A stretch of 64,000 nucleotides of DNA, taken from positions 5,766,001-5,830,000 of the forward strand of contig OX597839.1 of assembly GCA_951406725.2 (NCBI GenBank), read 5' to 3'. The notes under the pieces were generated by a model. It worked only from the letters and a program-made list of their open reading frames with translations, was not told the DNA's origin and did not search any database. Below are positions 1-12,146 of this stretch, one piece after another (position 1 is the first letter of the stretch; each line of letters starts with the position of its first letter). This DNA is from Octopus vulgaris. Lineage: Eukaryota. A program made the translations under genes and the position numbers.

Positions 1-157
1 AAGAAATAGGTTGAATTTGACATTAGAACGTAATGTCGGAAGAAATTCTACGAAGCATTACCTCTGGCACACTAACAGCAGGAGCAACAAGAACAACAAC
101 AATGGCAGATGTAGTGACGACAACAACAACAGCACCGAAAGCAACAGTAACAGCAGT

Positions 158-510
158 GGAGGCGCAATGGCCCAGAGGATCGCGGTTTCGATTCCCAGAC
201 CGGGCGCTGTGTGTGTTTATTGAGCGAAAACACCTAAAGCTCCACGAGGCTCCGGCAGAGGGTGGCGGCGACCCCTGTTGTACTCTTTCACCGCAATTTT
301 CTCTCACTTTTTCTTCCTGTTTCTTGTCCCCGACTTCCTACGCAACCACTGAGCCTGGATGTGCATTCATTCATCCATCCGTCGATGCTCTCGGTGTCGG
401 GGGTTGACCTGCTTTCTTTTCTGCGGGTCATACGAATAGCAAAGGACCACATTTCGGACTTCTCCTGAGGCGCGATCTTGCGAGCTCTGGGACGAAGACC
501 GCTACGTTCA
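158..510 (+). mobile_element. tRNA-derived SINE family A, tail type 1 (internal deletion in head)
   Basis: GGAGGCGCAATGGCCCAG head, GGTTTCGATTCC B-box-like motif, shared core GTGTTTATTGAGCGAAAACACCTAAAGCTCCACGAGG; matches copies at 534 and 62012. Confidence 0.85.
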
Positions 511-533
511 ACATCAACAGCAACAGCAGCAGT

Positions 534-885
534 GGAAGTGCAATGGCCTAGTGGTTAGGGCAGCGGACTCGCGGTCGGAGGATCGCGGTTTCGATTCCCA
601 GACCGGGTGTTGTGTGTGTTTATTGAGCGAAAACACCTAAAGCTCCACGAGGCTCCCTGTTGTACTCTTTCGCTCCAACTTTCTCTCACTTTTTCTTCCT
701 GTTTCTTGTCCCCGACTTCCTACACAACCACTGAGCCTGGATGTGCATTCATTCATCCATCCGTCGATGCTCTCTGTGTCGGGGATTAACCTGCTTTCTC
801 TTCTGCGGGTCTTACGAATAGCAAAGGACCACGTTTCGGACTTCTCCTATCTTGCGAGCTCTGGGATGATGACCGTTCACTCAAC
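534..885 (+). mobile_element. tRNA-derived SINE family A, tail type 1
   Basis: A-box TGGCCTAGTGG and B-box GGTTTCGATTCC; body matches 158-510; ends in a CAA/CAG-rich tail. Confidence 0.85.
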
Positions 886-1065
886 AGCAACAGCAGTCTG
901 ATTTCTAACTGTTCAACAAGCAGCAGCAGCAACAGCAGCAGCATGACGTGAATTATGCAAGCAACAAAGAACACTTTTAAGTGCAAGCAAGCAAATCAAC
1001 AGAAGAAAAACAACAAAAGCAACTACAACAACAATGCTGAGGATGAGGATGATTAGGATGATAAT

Positions 1066-1663
1066 CTTTCCTACTTTTGTTTTTTTTTTCTACTCAAGGC
1101 ACAAGACACGAAATTTTTGGGGAGGGGACCAGTCGATTAGATCGACCCTAGTACGCAACTAGTACTTAATTTATCGATCACGAAGGGATGAAAAGGCAAA
1201 GTCGACCTCGACGGAATTTGAACTCAGAACGTAACGGCAGACGAAATACCTAAACACAGAGAGGACAAACAGGGGCTAAACACAGAGAGGACAAACAAGG
1301 ACAGACAAACGGATTAAGTCGATTATATCGATCCCAATGCGTAACTGGTACTTATTTACTCGACCCCGAAAGGATGAAAGGCAAAGTCGACCTCGGCGGA
1401 ATTTGAACTCAGAACGTAATGGCAGACGAAATACCTATTTCTTTACTATCCACAAGGGGCTAAACACAGAGAGGACAAACAGGGACAGACAAACGGATTA
1501 AGTCGGTTACATCGACCCTAGTACGCAACTAGTACATAATTTATCGACCCCGAAAGGATGAAAGGCAAAGTCAACCTCGGCGGAATTTGAACTCAGAGCG
1601 TAATTGCAGACGAAATACCGCTAAGCATTTCACCCGGTGTGCTAACGTTTCTCCCAGCTCGCC
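1066..1663 (-). mobile_element. multimeric tRNA-derived SINE family C (one head, three tandem bodies)
   Basis: Minus-strand head GGCGAGCTGG..GTTAGCAC, GAGTTCAAATTCC B-box, and GCCTTTCATCCTTTCGGGGTCGATAAA core repeated three times. Confidence 0.85.
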
Positions 1664-1834
1664 TGATGATAATAATAATGATAGTGGTGATAGAGATGAT
1701 GATGAGGAGGAGGAGGAGAGGAGGAGGGGGCGTTGACGTGGATATCTTCGATATGCCACACGAACGACTAACGAGGGGTAAATTACAAGGAAAGCTTACA
1801 ATTGCAGTGAGGGAATAACAAGAGTAATAATAAT

Positions 1835-2020
1835 ATTTTCTACTAAAGGCACAGGGCCTGAAATTTGTGGGTGGGGGGTCAGACCAGTCGATTACAGTGC
1901 TTCACTGGTAATTAATGTATCGACTCCGAAAGGCAAAGTCAACCTCGACGGAATTTGAACTCAGAACGTAGCGATGGACGAAATCCCGTGAAGCATTTCG
2001 TCCAGCGTGCTTAACGATTC
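1835..2020 (-). mobile_element. SINE family C, diverged copy
   Basis: AAAGGCAAAGTCAACCTCGACGGAATTTGAACTCAGAACG shared with 1066-1663. Confidence 0.75.
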
Positions 2021-2710
2021 CAATGGTACTCAACCGGAGTCCATATAGATCGTAAGAGTCCACATAATTTTTTTTTTGCGGGGGGGAGTGAGGGGCACGT
2101 AACAAAATCGTAAATTTGGGATCTACGATACCATTTTAAGGGCCCCCTGAAAAAGGTTTGCTTTAGACGTATACATTAGTATGTGTTGCAAGAAACGACG
2201 AGGTTTCTTTCTCTAATGTTTTACATAATTCAACGGTGGAGGCGCAATGGCCCAGTGGTTAGGGCAGCGGACTCGCGGTCGTAGGATCGCGGTTTCGATT
2301 CCCAGACCGGGCGTTGTGAGTGTTTATTGAGCGAAAACACCTAAAGCTCCACGAGGCTCCGGCAGGGGATGGTGGTGATCCCTGCTGTACTCTTTCACCA
2401 CAACTTTCTCTCACTCTTACTTCCTGTTTCTGTTGTACCTGTATTTCGAAGGGCCGGCCTTGTCACTCTCTGTGTCACGCTGAATATCCCCGAGAACTAC
2501 GTTAAGGGTACACGTGTCTGTGGAGTGCTCAGCCACTTACACGTTAATTTCACGAGCAGGCTGTTCCGTTGATTCGGATCAACCGGAACCCTCGTCGTTG
2601 TAACTGACGGAGTGCTTCCACATAATTCAACCTTCATAATTTAATGTGAGAAAGACAAAATAGGAATTTTGAAAGAAATTTCTATAAAACTAGTTTTTAA
2701 ACATCGAATG
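2021..2710 (+). mobile_element. hAT/Charlie-like DNA transposon relic, interrupted by a SINE
   Basis: Begins CAATGGTACTCAACC (CAGTGGTTCTCAAC-type TIR); homologous in reverse to 61727-61902; right boundary approximate. Confidence 0.55.
2235..2619 (+). mobile_element. full-length SINE family A, tail type 2, with 12-bp TSD
   Basis: Intact A/B boxes; TSD ACATAATTCAAC at 2223-2234 and 2620-2631. Confidence 0.92.
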
Positions 2711-2914
2711 GTGGTAGGGGGATACTTTATTTTATCGACCTCAAAAAGGATGAAATGCGATGTCGACGAACGGTGGGATTTGAACTCTGAACGTAAACAG
2801 CCGGAACAAATATGGCACAGCACTTTGTCCGTTCTAACTGCTGTGTCGCCATCTTAACAAGAAAATTATGAAGAAAAAGAAAACGATAACAAACTAGTAC
2901 AACAACAATGATTT

Positions 2915-2935
2915 CTAGTAGTAGTAGTAGTGGTG

Positions 2936-2990
<55 letters not shown>

Positions 2991-3078
2991 CAGCAGTAGC
3001 TGCATCGATTATCACATCACCAACAATAAGAAATGATCATGGTACCAACTACAGCAGCAACAACAATAACTATCATAG

Positions 3079-3175
<97 letters not shown>

Positions 3176-3323
3176 CATTATTATTATTATCATAATTAAT
3201 ATTATTATTATTATTATTATTATTACTATTATAATTATTATTATTATCATTATTATTATTATTATTATCATTATTATTATTATTATTGTTGTTGTTGTTG
3301 TTGTTATTCACGATGATGATGAC

Positions 3324-3370
<47 letters not shown>

Positions 3371-3400
3371 TAACAACAACAACTACAGTAACAAATAAAT
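2915..3400. repeat. compound trinucleotide microsatellites (TAG/TGG/CAT/ATT/AAT)
   Basis: Seen directly. Confidence 0.95.
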
Positions 3401-3769
3401 ATTATAAATAATAAACATAAACGAAATTCGAAAATAATAAAGGAAAAAAACAAACTTGGGTGGTTAAGCTAAAAACACAAACAAAAACACTACCGCAACA
3501 AACAAAACGACCACAAACGACCACAACACATACTGCCAGCTTCCATTACACAATAAATTTGTTTTCATTGAATTCTATTTCTCTCTTTATGAGAAATTAA
3601 TGGGCATAACGGACACTAAGAGTAAAAATGTATTAAAAAAACACACACAGCGCAATTTGTTGTAGTTTTGTTTCTTTTATAAAACTGTTACATCTGAAAC
3701 TGTCTATGCAAAATCGTTAAATATATATAATCAGCAAAATGATTATATATATATGTGTGTGTGTGTTTA

Positions 3770-3925
3770 TGTCCCCGTTACTTAGCGGTTCGGCAAAAGA
3801 GACCGATAGAATAAGTAGTGAGCTTACAAAAGAATAAGTCCTAGGGGTCGAGTTGCTCGATTAAAGGCGGTGCTCCAGCATGGCCGCAGTTCAAATGACT
3901 GAAACAAGTAAAAGAGTAGAGTAAG
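3770..3925 (+). mobile_element. SINE family B, 3' half
   Basis: CTTAGCGGTTCGGCAAAAGAGACCGATAGAATAAG..GACTGAAACAAGTAAAAGAG matches the full copy at 34437. Confidence 0.85.
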
Positions 3926-3943
3926 AAACATATAATATACATG

Positions 3944-4053
3944 TACATTCCTTTATGGGTTCTGTTTTTATATTTAACCCTACAGTCTCTTATGTGGTGG
4001 TTTATATATGTGATATATTATCTGGTGATATATTTGATTTAGATGTATATTTT

Positions 4054-4058
<5 letters not shown>
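3944..4058 (+). repeat. short dispersed repeat (second copy 60841-60990)
   Basis: TACATTCCTTTATG..TTTATATTTAACCCTACAGTCTCTTAT..GATTTAGATGTAT shared; both copies run into (TA)n. Confidence 0.7.
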
Positions 4059-4096
<38 letters not shown>

Positions 4097-4111
4097 ATGT
4101 GTGTGTGTATA

Positions 4112-4310
4112 CTCTTTGACTTGTTTCAGTCATTTGACTGTGGCCATGCTGGGAGCACCACCTTTAGTCGAGCAAATCGACCCCAGGACTTATCCTTTGT
4201 AAGCCTAGTACTTATTCTTATCGGTCTCTTTTTTGCCGAACCGCTGAGTTACGGGGACGTAAACACACCAGCATCAGTTGCCAAGCGATGTTCGGGGGAC
4301 AAACTCACAC
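4112..4310 (-). mobile_element. SINE family B, 3' half
   Basis: Reverse complement of the family B tail. Confidence 0.85.
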
Positions 4311-4601
4311 ACACACACACACACTTTTTTGACAGGGTAACAAATAAATAAAATTAAACTTCTAAGTGGAAGGGTTCCCCTTTCCAACCTTTTTCTCTTC
4401 TAATGGATAGAGACTCTTGACATACAGCAGAAACAGATGTGACCAGTTTGAAGCCAATTCCATGATGGCTGTTCCCTTGTCAGTCATTCATTAATATTAT
4501 GCTCTATACCAGCCTAATACATTAATCTAAAGAATATGTATATTGAGTTTTAACCACTGGTTATTAGTTTCATTATATGATGAAATCCTTACATACATAC
4601 A

Positions 4602-4645
<44 letters not shown>

Positions 4646-4649
4646 TACG

Positions 4650-5035
4650 TCCTGTTTTTTCTCTTTTTTGCTCTTTTTTCTTTCCTTTTTTTACCCCTCT
4701 GCAAAAGAATTTTATTTAATTCATTTTACAGGAAGGACTGCTTCGGCCGGATCGTGTTCTGCCCTTACCTTCGAAACACGCATTGAGTCGAACCAGGGAC
4801 AGCTGATGAAGGGGAATATTCTTTGTATTGTTTAACTTGTACCCTGTTTTTTCGTTGTTATAAAAAGTTCGTTTCCTTGTTTGTTTTTATGTTTTCGTTT
4901 CTCGTTGTGTTCTACGTTTATTTGTGGTGTCCTGTACTCATATATATATATGCATGTATATATGCATATAGATGTAGGTATATACATATATGTATGTATG
5001 CATATGCTTTATTTGTTAAATTGTTATTATGTGAC
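4650..5035 (+). repeat. dispersed repeat, possibly a PLE 3' end (reverse copy 41040-41470)
   Basis: CTTCGAAACACG..GTCGAA.CAGGG.CAGCTGA and GTTTTCGTTTCTCGTTGTGTTCTACG shared. Confidence 0.7.
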
Positions 5036-5174
5036 TGAGCGCCTTGCGTCGTTTCTTATCTTCCAAGTAAGTTTATATATATATATATATGTTTTTGTTT
5101 TTGTTTTTGTTTTTGTTTTTTCCAGTTGTTATTATGTGACTGAGCGCCTTGCGTCGTTTCTTATCTTCCAAGTA

Positions 5175-5223
<49 letters not shown>

Positions 5224-5224
<1 letters not shown>

Positions 5225-5697
5225 AGGTCACTTTCGAGTGCTACTGGTAACATGTAACCCAGTACAACCTGTTGCATGGTCGGGTCGTCGGTGACTAAAC
5301 CGGCAACCCCAGCTTACTTGGTGAGGAGGGTGTTTATTGGACACCCTGCAGGATGAAAAACAACTTGAGAGTTAACGGCCATCCAATAAATGTCTTAAGG
5401 CTGTATCATGCGTGGGGACATAGAAATTATCGGACTGAATACCTGATCGTGCGGTTAAACCATTGGAAGTGGAGGACTCCTAGCCTTTGTTAGGGCATCC
5501 TTCTAGTAGAAGGTAACTCAGGTAACTGGGATAACTCCGACATAAAACCTGCGGCTCAGTGGTTACCGATGATGTTGACTTGTTCTTCTTTTCGGATTAT
5601 TGCTGCTGTTGCTTAGTGAGTGAGATTGACTCAGTGCAAAGCCTTTCCTCACTTTAAAAAAATCTTCTTGCACAGGCATTGCACGCTAACAATATTG
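5224..5697 (+). mobile_element. RTE-clade 5'-UTR-like / non-autonomous fragment
   Basis: GGGCATCCTTCTAGTAGAAGGTAACTC..AAAACCTGC resembles the recalled RTE 5'-UTR motif GGGCAACCAGTCTAGGAGAAGGAAAACTC..AAACC; CAGCTTACTTGGTGAGGAGGG resembles RTE 5' starts. Confidence 0.55.
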
Positions 5698-5754
5698 ATT
5701 AAGTTTCGTGCCATACTCGATAACGAGGGGGCAGACACCATATATATACATACA

Positions 5755-5915
5755 ACAACGGGCTTCTTTCAGTTTCCGTCTACCACATCCACCAACGAGG
5801 CTTTGGCGCCACGTGGCGATAGAAGACACTTGCCCAAGGTGCCACGCAGGGAGACTGAATCTAGAACCATCCGGTCGGGAAACAAGCTTTTTACAACACA
5901 ACCGCACCTGCGCCT
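5755..5915 (-). mobile_element. SINE family B, 5' half, diverged
   Basis: GGGCTTCTTTCAGTTTCCGTCTACC..AGAAGACACTTGCCCAAGGTGCCACGCAG. Confidence 0.8.
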
Positions 5916-6246
5916 ATATTTGTAAATAAAAATCTATATAAACTCTACAGTTGTACGTAACGTATTGAGATCTCTTCATTATCGTCTCTACACCTACTTG
6001 TATAGCTTGCTATCTATTGAAAGGTTTGTGGGAGTGTATTGGTTTGAGAGTGTGTTGAGGAGTTTCGTAAGAGCAATTGCAACTGTGCCTGCAAGAATTC
6101 GTATGATTACAAGATTCTATTTCTGTCTCTAGGGGTATTTTGTATTTGTGTAGCTTGAAGCAAATAGCGAACATATACAAATTTCATGCATAGCACACAC
6201 GTCCACACAGTTAGGTATGCATACATGTACATTTAAATGTGTGTGC

Positions 6247-6295
<49 letters not shown>

Positions 6296-6426
6296 ATGTA
6301 TGTATATATATATGTATGTATGTATGTATGTATATATATAAGTATATGTATGTATGTATATATATAAGTATATGTATGTATGTATATATATAAGTATATG
6401 TATGTATGTATATATATAAGTATATG

Positions 6427-6463
<37 letters not shown>

Positions 6464-6877
6464 GTATGTATATATATGTATTTATGTATGTATGTATGTA
6501 TGTACATATATATGTATATGTATGTATATATATATGTATATGTATGCATGTATATATATATGTATATGTATGTATGTATATATGTATATGTATCTATATA
6601 TGTATATGTATGTATGTATATATGTATATGTATGTGTATATATGTATATGTATGTATATATATATATCTATGTATATATATATATGTGTGTGTATATATA
6701 TATATATACACGTGATATTTAAACGTAGATATATAAATACACGTAAATATACATATCTGTACATACATTCAAATATGCATACATGTACGTGCGTATATAT
6801 ATATAGAGATATGTGTGTGAGTATATGTGTGTGTGTGTGTGAGCGCGCGCATCGTGTATCAAACATATCCATATACT

Positions 6878-6911
<34 letters not shown>

Positions 6912-7465
6912 TATATGCATATACATACATGCCTGCACCAGGTTTATGCATATACAGGTGTTTATGTATATATGTGCGAGTATGTATCAGTCGGTCTGTA
7001 TCTAAGATGTAATACTTATACATACGCAAAAGCGCACCGACTCCTGTACGCACAAATTTGCGCAGTCAACATAACAACACACACAATACTTCAACGTATG
7101 TATGCACTCTCTCTCTTTCTCTCTCTCTCTCTCCCTCGCTCACTCTCTCTCTCTCTCTCTCTCGCGCGCTCGCTCACTCACAAAATAAATCTTGTATATT
7201 CAACCATCTCTTGTGTACAGAGAACAACGCACACATACACACAGATACAAATACACACATACACACAGATTACCAAGATGCCTAGCCTTGTAAATCTATA
7301 TATAAATTGGTTGTGTATTGTTCCATGATTTTATAGATAAACAGCTTCTAGCAAACACGATTCTACGCACGTCGACATACAGTATAAGCACATAACTATT
7401 TGTACTACATTTTATTTTTGAAGTGATACGTAAACACTTACAAACACACTTATGTACGTAGTCAT

Positions 7466-7613
7466 AGCTGTGTGGTAAGAAGCTTGCTTCCCAACCACAT
7501 GGTTCCGGGTTCAGTACCACTGCACAGTACCTTGAGCAAGCGTCTTTTATAGCCTCGCGCCCACCAAAGCTTTGTGAGTGGTTTTGGTGGTCGGAAAATG
7601 AAGGAAGCCCGTC

Positions 7614-7615
<2 letters not shown>
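7466..7615 (+). mobile_element. SINE family B, 5' half
   Basis: GCTGTGTGGTAAGAAGCTTGCTTCCCAACCACATGGTTCCGGGTTCAG head. Confidence 0.85.
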
Positions 7616-7675
<60 letters not shown>

Positions 7676-8065
7676 CATACATACATACATAAACATACAT
7701 ACATAATACATATATATATATAAATATATACATACATATATATATATACATACATATATATATATACATACATATATATAATGATACCCTTCCCCCACCC
7801 CTAACCCTAACCCTAAAACAGATTGAAATGCAATAGATCGATACTAGGGTCATACTTATGGGTGACAATTTCATATGATACCGCTAGAAAAAACTGTCGT
7901 TCAAACCGAAAATATCCGAACTAATTGTTTCTACCCTTCTATCACCTAAGAAACGACTCGTACACAAGAACGGCTCAACATTTACCTAGTTTACAAACAT
8001 TCAATTACCAACTTTAAATAAACATTCCAAACATTCACATGTATGTATATTTATTATCAAACTTT

Positions 8066-8100
8066 TTCTCTGATGAAAGACTCTGTACGAAACGTTTAGA
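8066..8100 (+). ncRNA. minimal type I hammerhead-like motif, stem II decayed
   Basis: TCT-CTGATGA-AAGACTCTGTAC-GAAACGTT-TAGA; palindromic stem III, weak stem II. Confidence 0.45.
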
Positions 8101-9229
8101 TTTTCCACTTCCTTCGGCTAGATCACTGCATATATTTTGTCGGTTTTTGTCTATGTGTATATGTTCGTCTCTACGTTTATATGCTTGCGTGAATATACTT
8201 GTATGTGTTTCTCTGTGTTGACATTATATATATATTTATATATATACGCATATATATATGTATTTAGATGCATATACTCACACACATGCATGTTAATTTT
8301 GTCTAACCAGCGGTGAAATTGATTTCACGAAGTCGACAATTCAAAGGAAGGCAAAATGTTTCCCCTTAAGTCTAACCCAGCTCTTTACATATAAATAAAA
8401 GTAAACAATATATATAAATGTAAGAACAAAGAAACAAAGAGTTTTGAAAAGGCGTCTCTACATTCCAGACGTTGAGGCGTCTTAAAGAAATCCCTTAAAA
8501 TTAAGAAAATAGAATAGAAAAGCAAAATGGCAGAAAAGGCGAGAGCGAGAGAGAGAGAGAGAGAGAGAGGAGTGAGGTCTAAAATGAAAATTTGACATTA
8601 TATTGAAGTGACCTAATAATCTAAAATGTAAGACTTCTTTCTTATATGTGTATGTGTGAGTGTGTAACTGTCTCTCAGTCTCCTCCCTATCTTTCAATGC
8701 ATGTATGTTTTAATATATTGCTTTGTTGGTTGTTTGTCTTATCTAGCAAAATGGCCGCCATCGTAATTTCTATTTTTCTGCGGTCTTTCCCGGCTTTTTT
8801 TCCCCTTTTTTAAAAACATTTTTTGTATGTGTGTATGAGAGTACGATTCGTTTTATTTTATTCTATTATCTTATTTCTTATGATTTTTAACTCATTGCAC
8901 CCAGATTTGCTAATTAGGCGAATAATTCGTAATTTTTTTTCTTTCATTATTATTTTTTTCGTTTTCTGTTACTGTTAAATGTTGCTGTTGCTGCGGTTGC
9001 CCTTGATGTTGTTAGTATTTTAGTTCTCAGCGTGTTTGAAGTACGCCTAAATTTGATAATATTGTTGCTTCTGTTTACATCGTGACTGTTGTTGTAATAT
9101 CTTTGTTGTTGTTGTTGCTGTGGATTTTAATATTGCTGCAGCATTATTTATTATTGTTATTCTTGTTCTTTGTTTTGTTATTTTGTTTGAGATTAAGTTA
9201 TCGTTCATATTTGCTGTTTTGTTTCCCAT

Positions 9230-9232
9230 CAC

Positions 9233-9316
<84 letters not shown>

Positions 9317-9368
9317 TATTATTATTATTGTTGTTGTTGTTGTTATTATTATTACTATTATTATTATT

Positions 9369-9418
<50 letters not shown>

Positions 9419-9575
9419 TATTATTATTGTTGTTGTTGTTGTTGTTGTTATTATTATTACTATTATTATTATTATCGTCATCATTATCATCATCATCATC
9501 GTTATTATTATTATTATTATTGTTATTATTATTTTGTCATTATTATTTTCATTATTATTAATATCATTATTATTA

Positions 9576-9624
<49 letters not shown>

Positions 9625-9716
9625 TATTGTTATTGTTATTATTATTATTGATATTATTATTGTCATTAATATTTTCATTATTATTATCAATACTATTATT
9701 ATTATTGTTATTATTA

Positions 9717-9762
<46 letters not shown>

Positions 9763-9776
9763 CATTATTATTATTA

Positions 9777-9814
<38 letters not shown>

Positions 9815-9830
9815 ATTATTATTATTACTG
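9230..9830. repeat. (ATT)/(GTT)/(CAT) microsatellite block
   Basis: Seen directly. Confidence 0.95.
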
Positions 9831-10173
9831 TATACAATGCTGTTTTGTTTTCTTTGCTGTTTACGTGTGTGAGTGTGTGTATGTGTGGTTGTTATAGAAT
9901 ATGATATTATTGTAGCGATTGTTGTTGTCCGTATCGTTGTTGTTGCTGTTGTTGTTGGAGGTGTTTGGTTGCTATTTACTGATTTCAACGTTACCATAGT
10001 TGCTGCCGGTGATATTAATATTGTTGTTGTTGTTGTTGTTGTTGCGGTTACTCTTGGCATTGTTACTCAGTGTTTGAAGTTATCGCTCGCAGTTTTGATA
10101 ATACTGTCGTTCATGTTGATGGTGGTGGCTACAGTATTGGTAATGCCGGCGGCGGTGGTGGGGGTCGTGATAA

Positions 10174-10220
<47 letters not shown>

Positions 10221-10582
10221 TATAGATATTATTGATGTTGTAGTTGCCATTTGTTATTCTTACTGTGACTGTTTTTGTTGTTGCTGTTGTAGTCTTTAAG
10301 GTCCAGGATGATCGATTGATTAAAAAAAGTCCCCTTCGCAATTATGAAGTTTCGGTTTCGATTCCGCTGTTTGGCATCTTAAGTACATACCATAACATGA
10401 TACCTTCGGATATACCCATACCTTGTCAATAAAATAGGATACACGGAAATATGTTGTATGGATTATACCTGTAATTCGAACGGTCCAACCTTGTTACACT
10501 GGATAACTTAATTCCACCCGATTATTACATCAAATGTATACATGCCTGTGGAATACTCACACACTTAAATATCCAGAGGTAA

Positions 10583-10674
10583 TGCGGTACGATCGTTTCA
10601 TGCGACTCCATTTAAATGGACAAGGCAATCATTTCATTACATTAATTTGAAATGTAGAGCAATCTTCAGCTGCA
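10583..10674 (-). ncRNA. type I hammerhead motif with expanded, branched stem II
   Basis: Minus strand: TGCAG-CTGAAGA-TTGC..GCAT-GAAACGATCGTA-CCGCA; stem I 4 of 5 bp; inner hairpins TACATT/AATGTA and TCCATT/AATGGA. Confidence 0.6.
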
Positions 10675-10769
10675 CAAAGACATTGAATTTAATTAAATTA
10701 GGACACATTAGTATAATTTTACCCAAAATCTCCAAGAGGGTAAGGAGATAGACAAAGAACATGTTTTAC

Positions 10770-10848
<79 letters not shown>

Positions 10849-11532
10849 ATATTTCGGAATGGTCATATTGCCAGTTTAGCCAATAAAAACACACGCACTA
10901 TATATTTGGTGTTATTTTGCTTCAGTGATATTTATTTTTTACATTAATCTTAATCTTATTTCGGCCAAAGTTCTTTCGTCACACTCCTGTGACCGCATCA
11001 GTGGTCCTTTGTTTTCTTCTCACTTACTTGTGTCTCTCCTTACTAACCGTCAGCCATTTTGTATTTCTATTGTATGTCTTCATTTGCGCATGCTTATATC
11101 TCTATGTGCGTCTATGTTTATTTAGTGTGTGTGGGGGGGGATGTCTGTAATATTTGTATCTTCTGGTTATATACATTCTTGTAATTTGTATTTTGTTTTT
11201 GTTGTTGTTGCTTTTGTTCTAATTTTGTTCATGTGTTTACATCCACCCATTATTATCATTACATATGCTTGTATGTATGTATAACAACAATATTAGTAAT
11301 AATAATAATAAATCTAATCGAGAAAAAAAAAAAAAAAAAAAAAGAAAAAAAATATACATATACATATATATATATATACATACATATACATATACATATA
11401 TATATATACATATATACACACACATATACACATATACATATACACATATATACACATATACATACACATAGATATTCATTTCTATTTCTTTAATTACCTG
11501 TGTATTTATTATGTTTGCAGGATCCACTATTG

Positions 11533-12146
11533 TCATATGTTGTGGTGTGCGCTATTGCTCCATTCTAGTTTTCTATTCAGGCTAGGTTTATTTTCTATTA
11601 TATGTGTAGCTTCTGTAATTTGTCTAATTGTTGCATCTGTTCTATGTGTGGACAATATCTTAATCTCTATGTTATTGATTGATCCCCCGTGTTCTTGTTC
11701 GGCGTGTTGGTACAGAATCGATGAGCTTTTACCTTCCTTGAGTTGTCTCCAATGTTCATTCACCCGCTCACCAATGCTTCTTGCAGTTTCCCCTACGTAT
11801 GTTACTGTCTTGTTACTGCATCTTCCCTCTATACATCTTATACTATAGACCACATTTCTGGCTTTACAGTTCGTTTGTGGGCTAAATCTACATACAGTGC
11901 AATAGTTATCCGTACAGAGAGTTCTACTAAAAGGATAGGTTCTACCAATTATAGATCTGATAGGGTTGCCTGGCTTTTCAACAACCTTAATTCTTAGTTT
12001 AAGTTTATCTAGGGTCCTTCTAAAGCGGTACGCTAGTTCACCTCCAGGGGTGGTGTCAACGAACATGACACTCTGGTATTTATGGCTATCATACCAAGAG
12101 TTGGCCTTCCTTATTTTCTTTTTTGTCCTTTCTATAGTGTTCCATG
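11533..12146 (-). pseudogene. inverted copy of the PLE ORF C-terminus (GIY-YIG endonuclease)
   Basis: Translation identical to the last 177 aa of 12144..12968. Confidence 0.9.

Noticed and set aside
2238-2312. tRNA gene
   Set aside because: A and B boxes are present but the acceptor and anticodon stems are poor, and it continues into a multicopy body with a TSD, so it is a SINE head
5020-5185. Local duplications (also 23543-23663 and 39650-40110)
   Set aside because: Ordinary slippage-type tandem duplications; no further signal
7799-7818. Telomeric CCCTAA repeats
   Set aside because: Only three units; more likely part of a small dispersed element that cannot be classified from one copy
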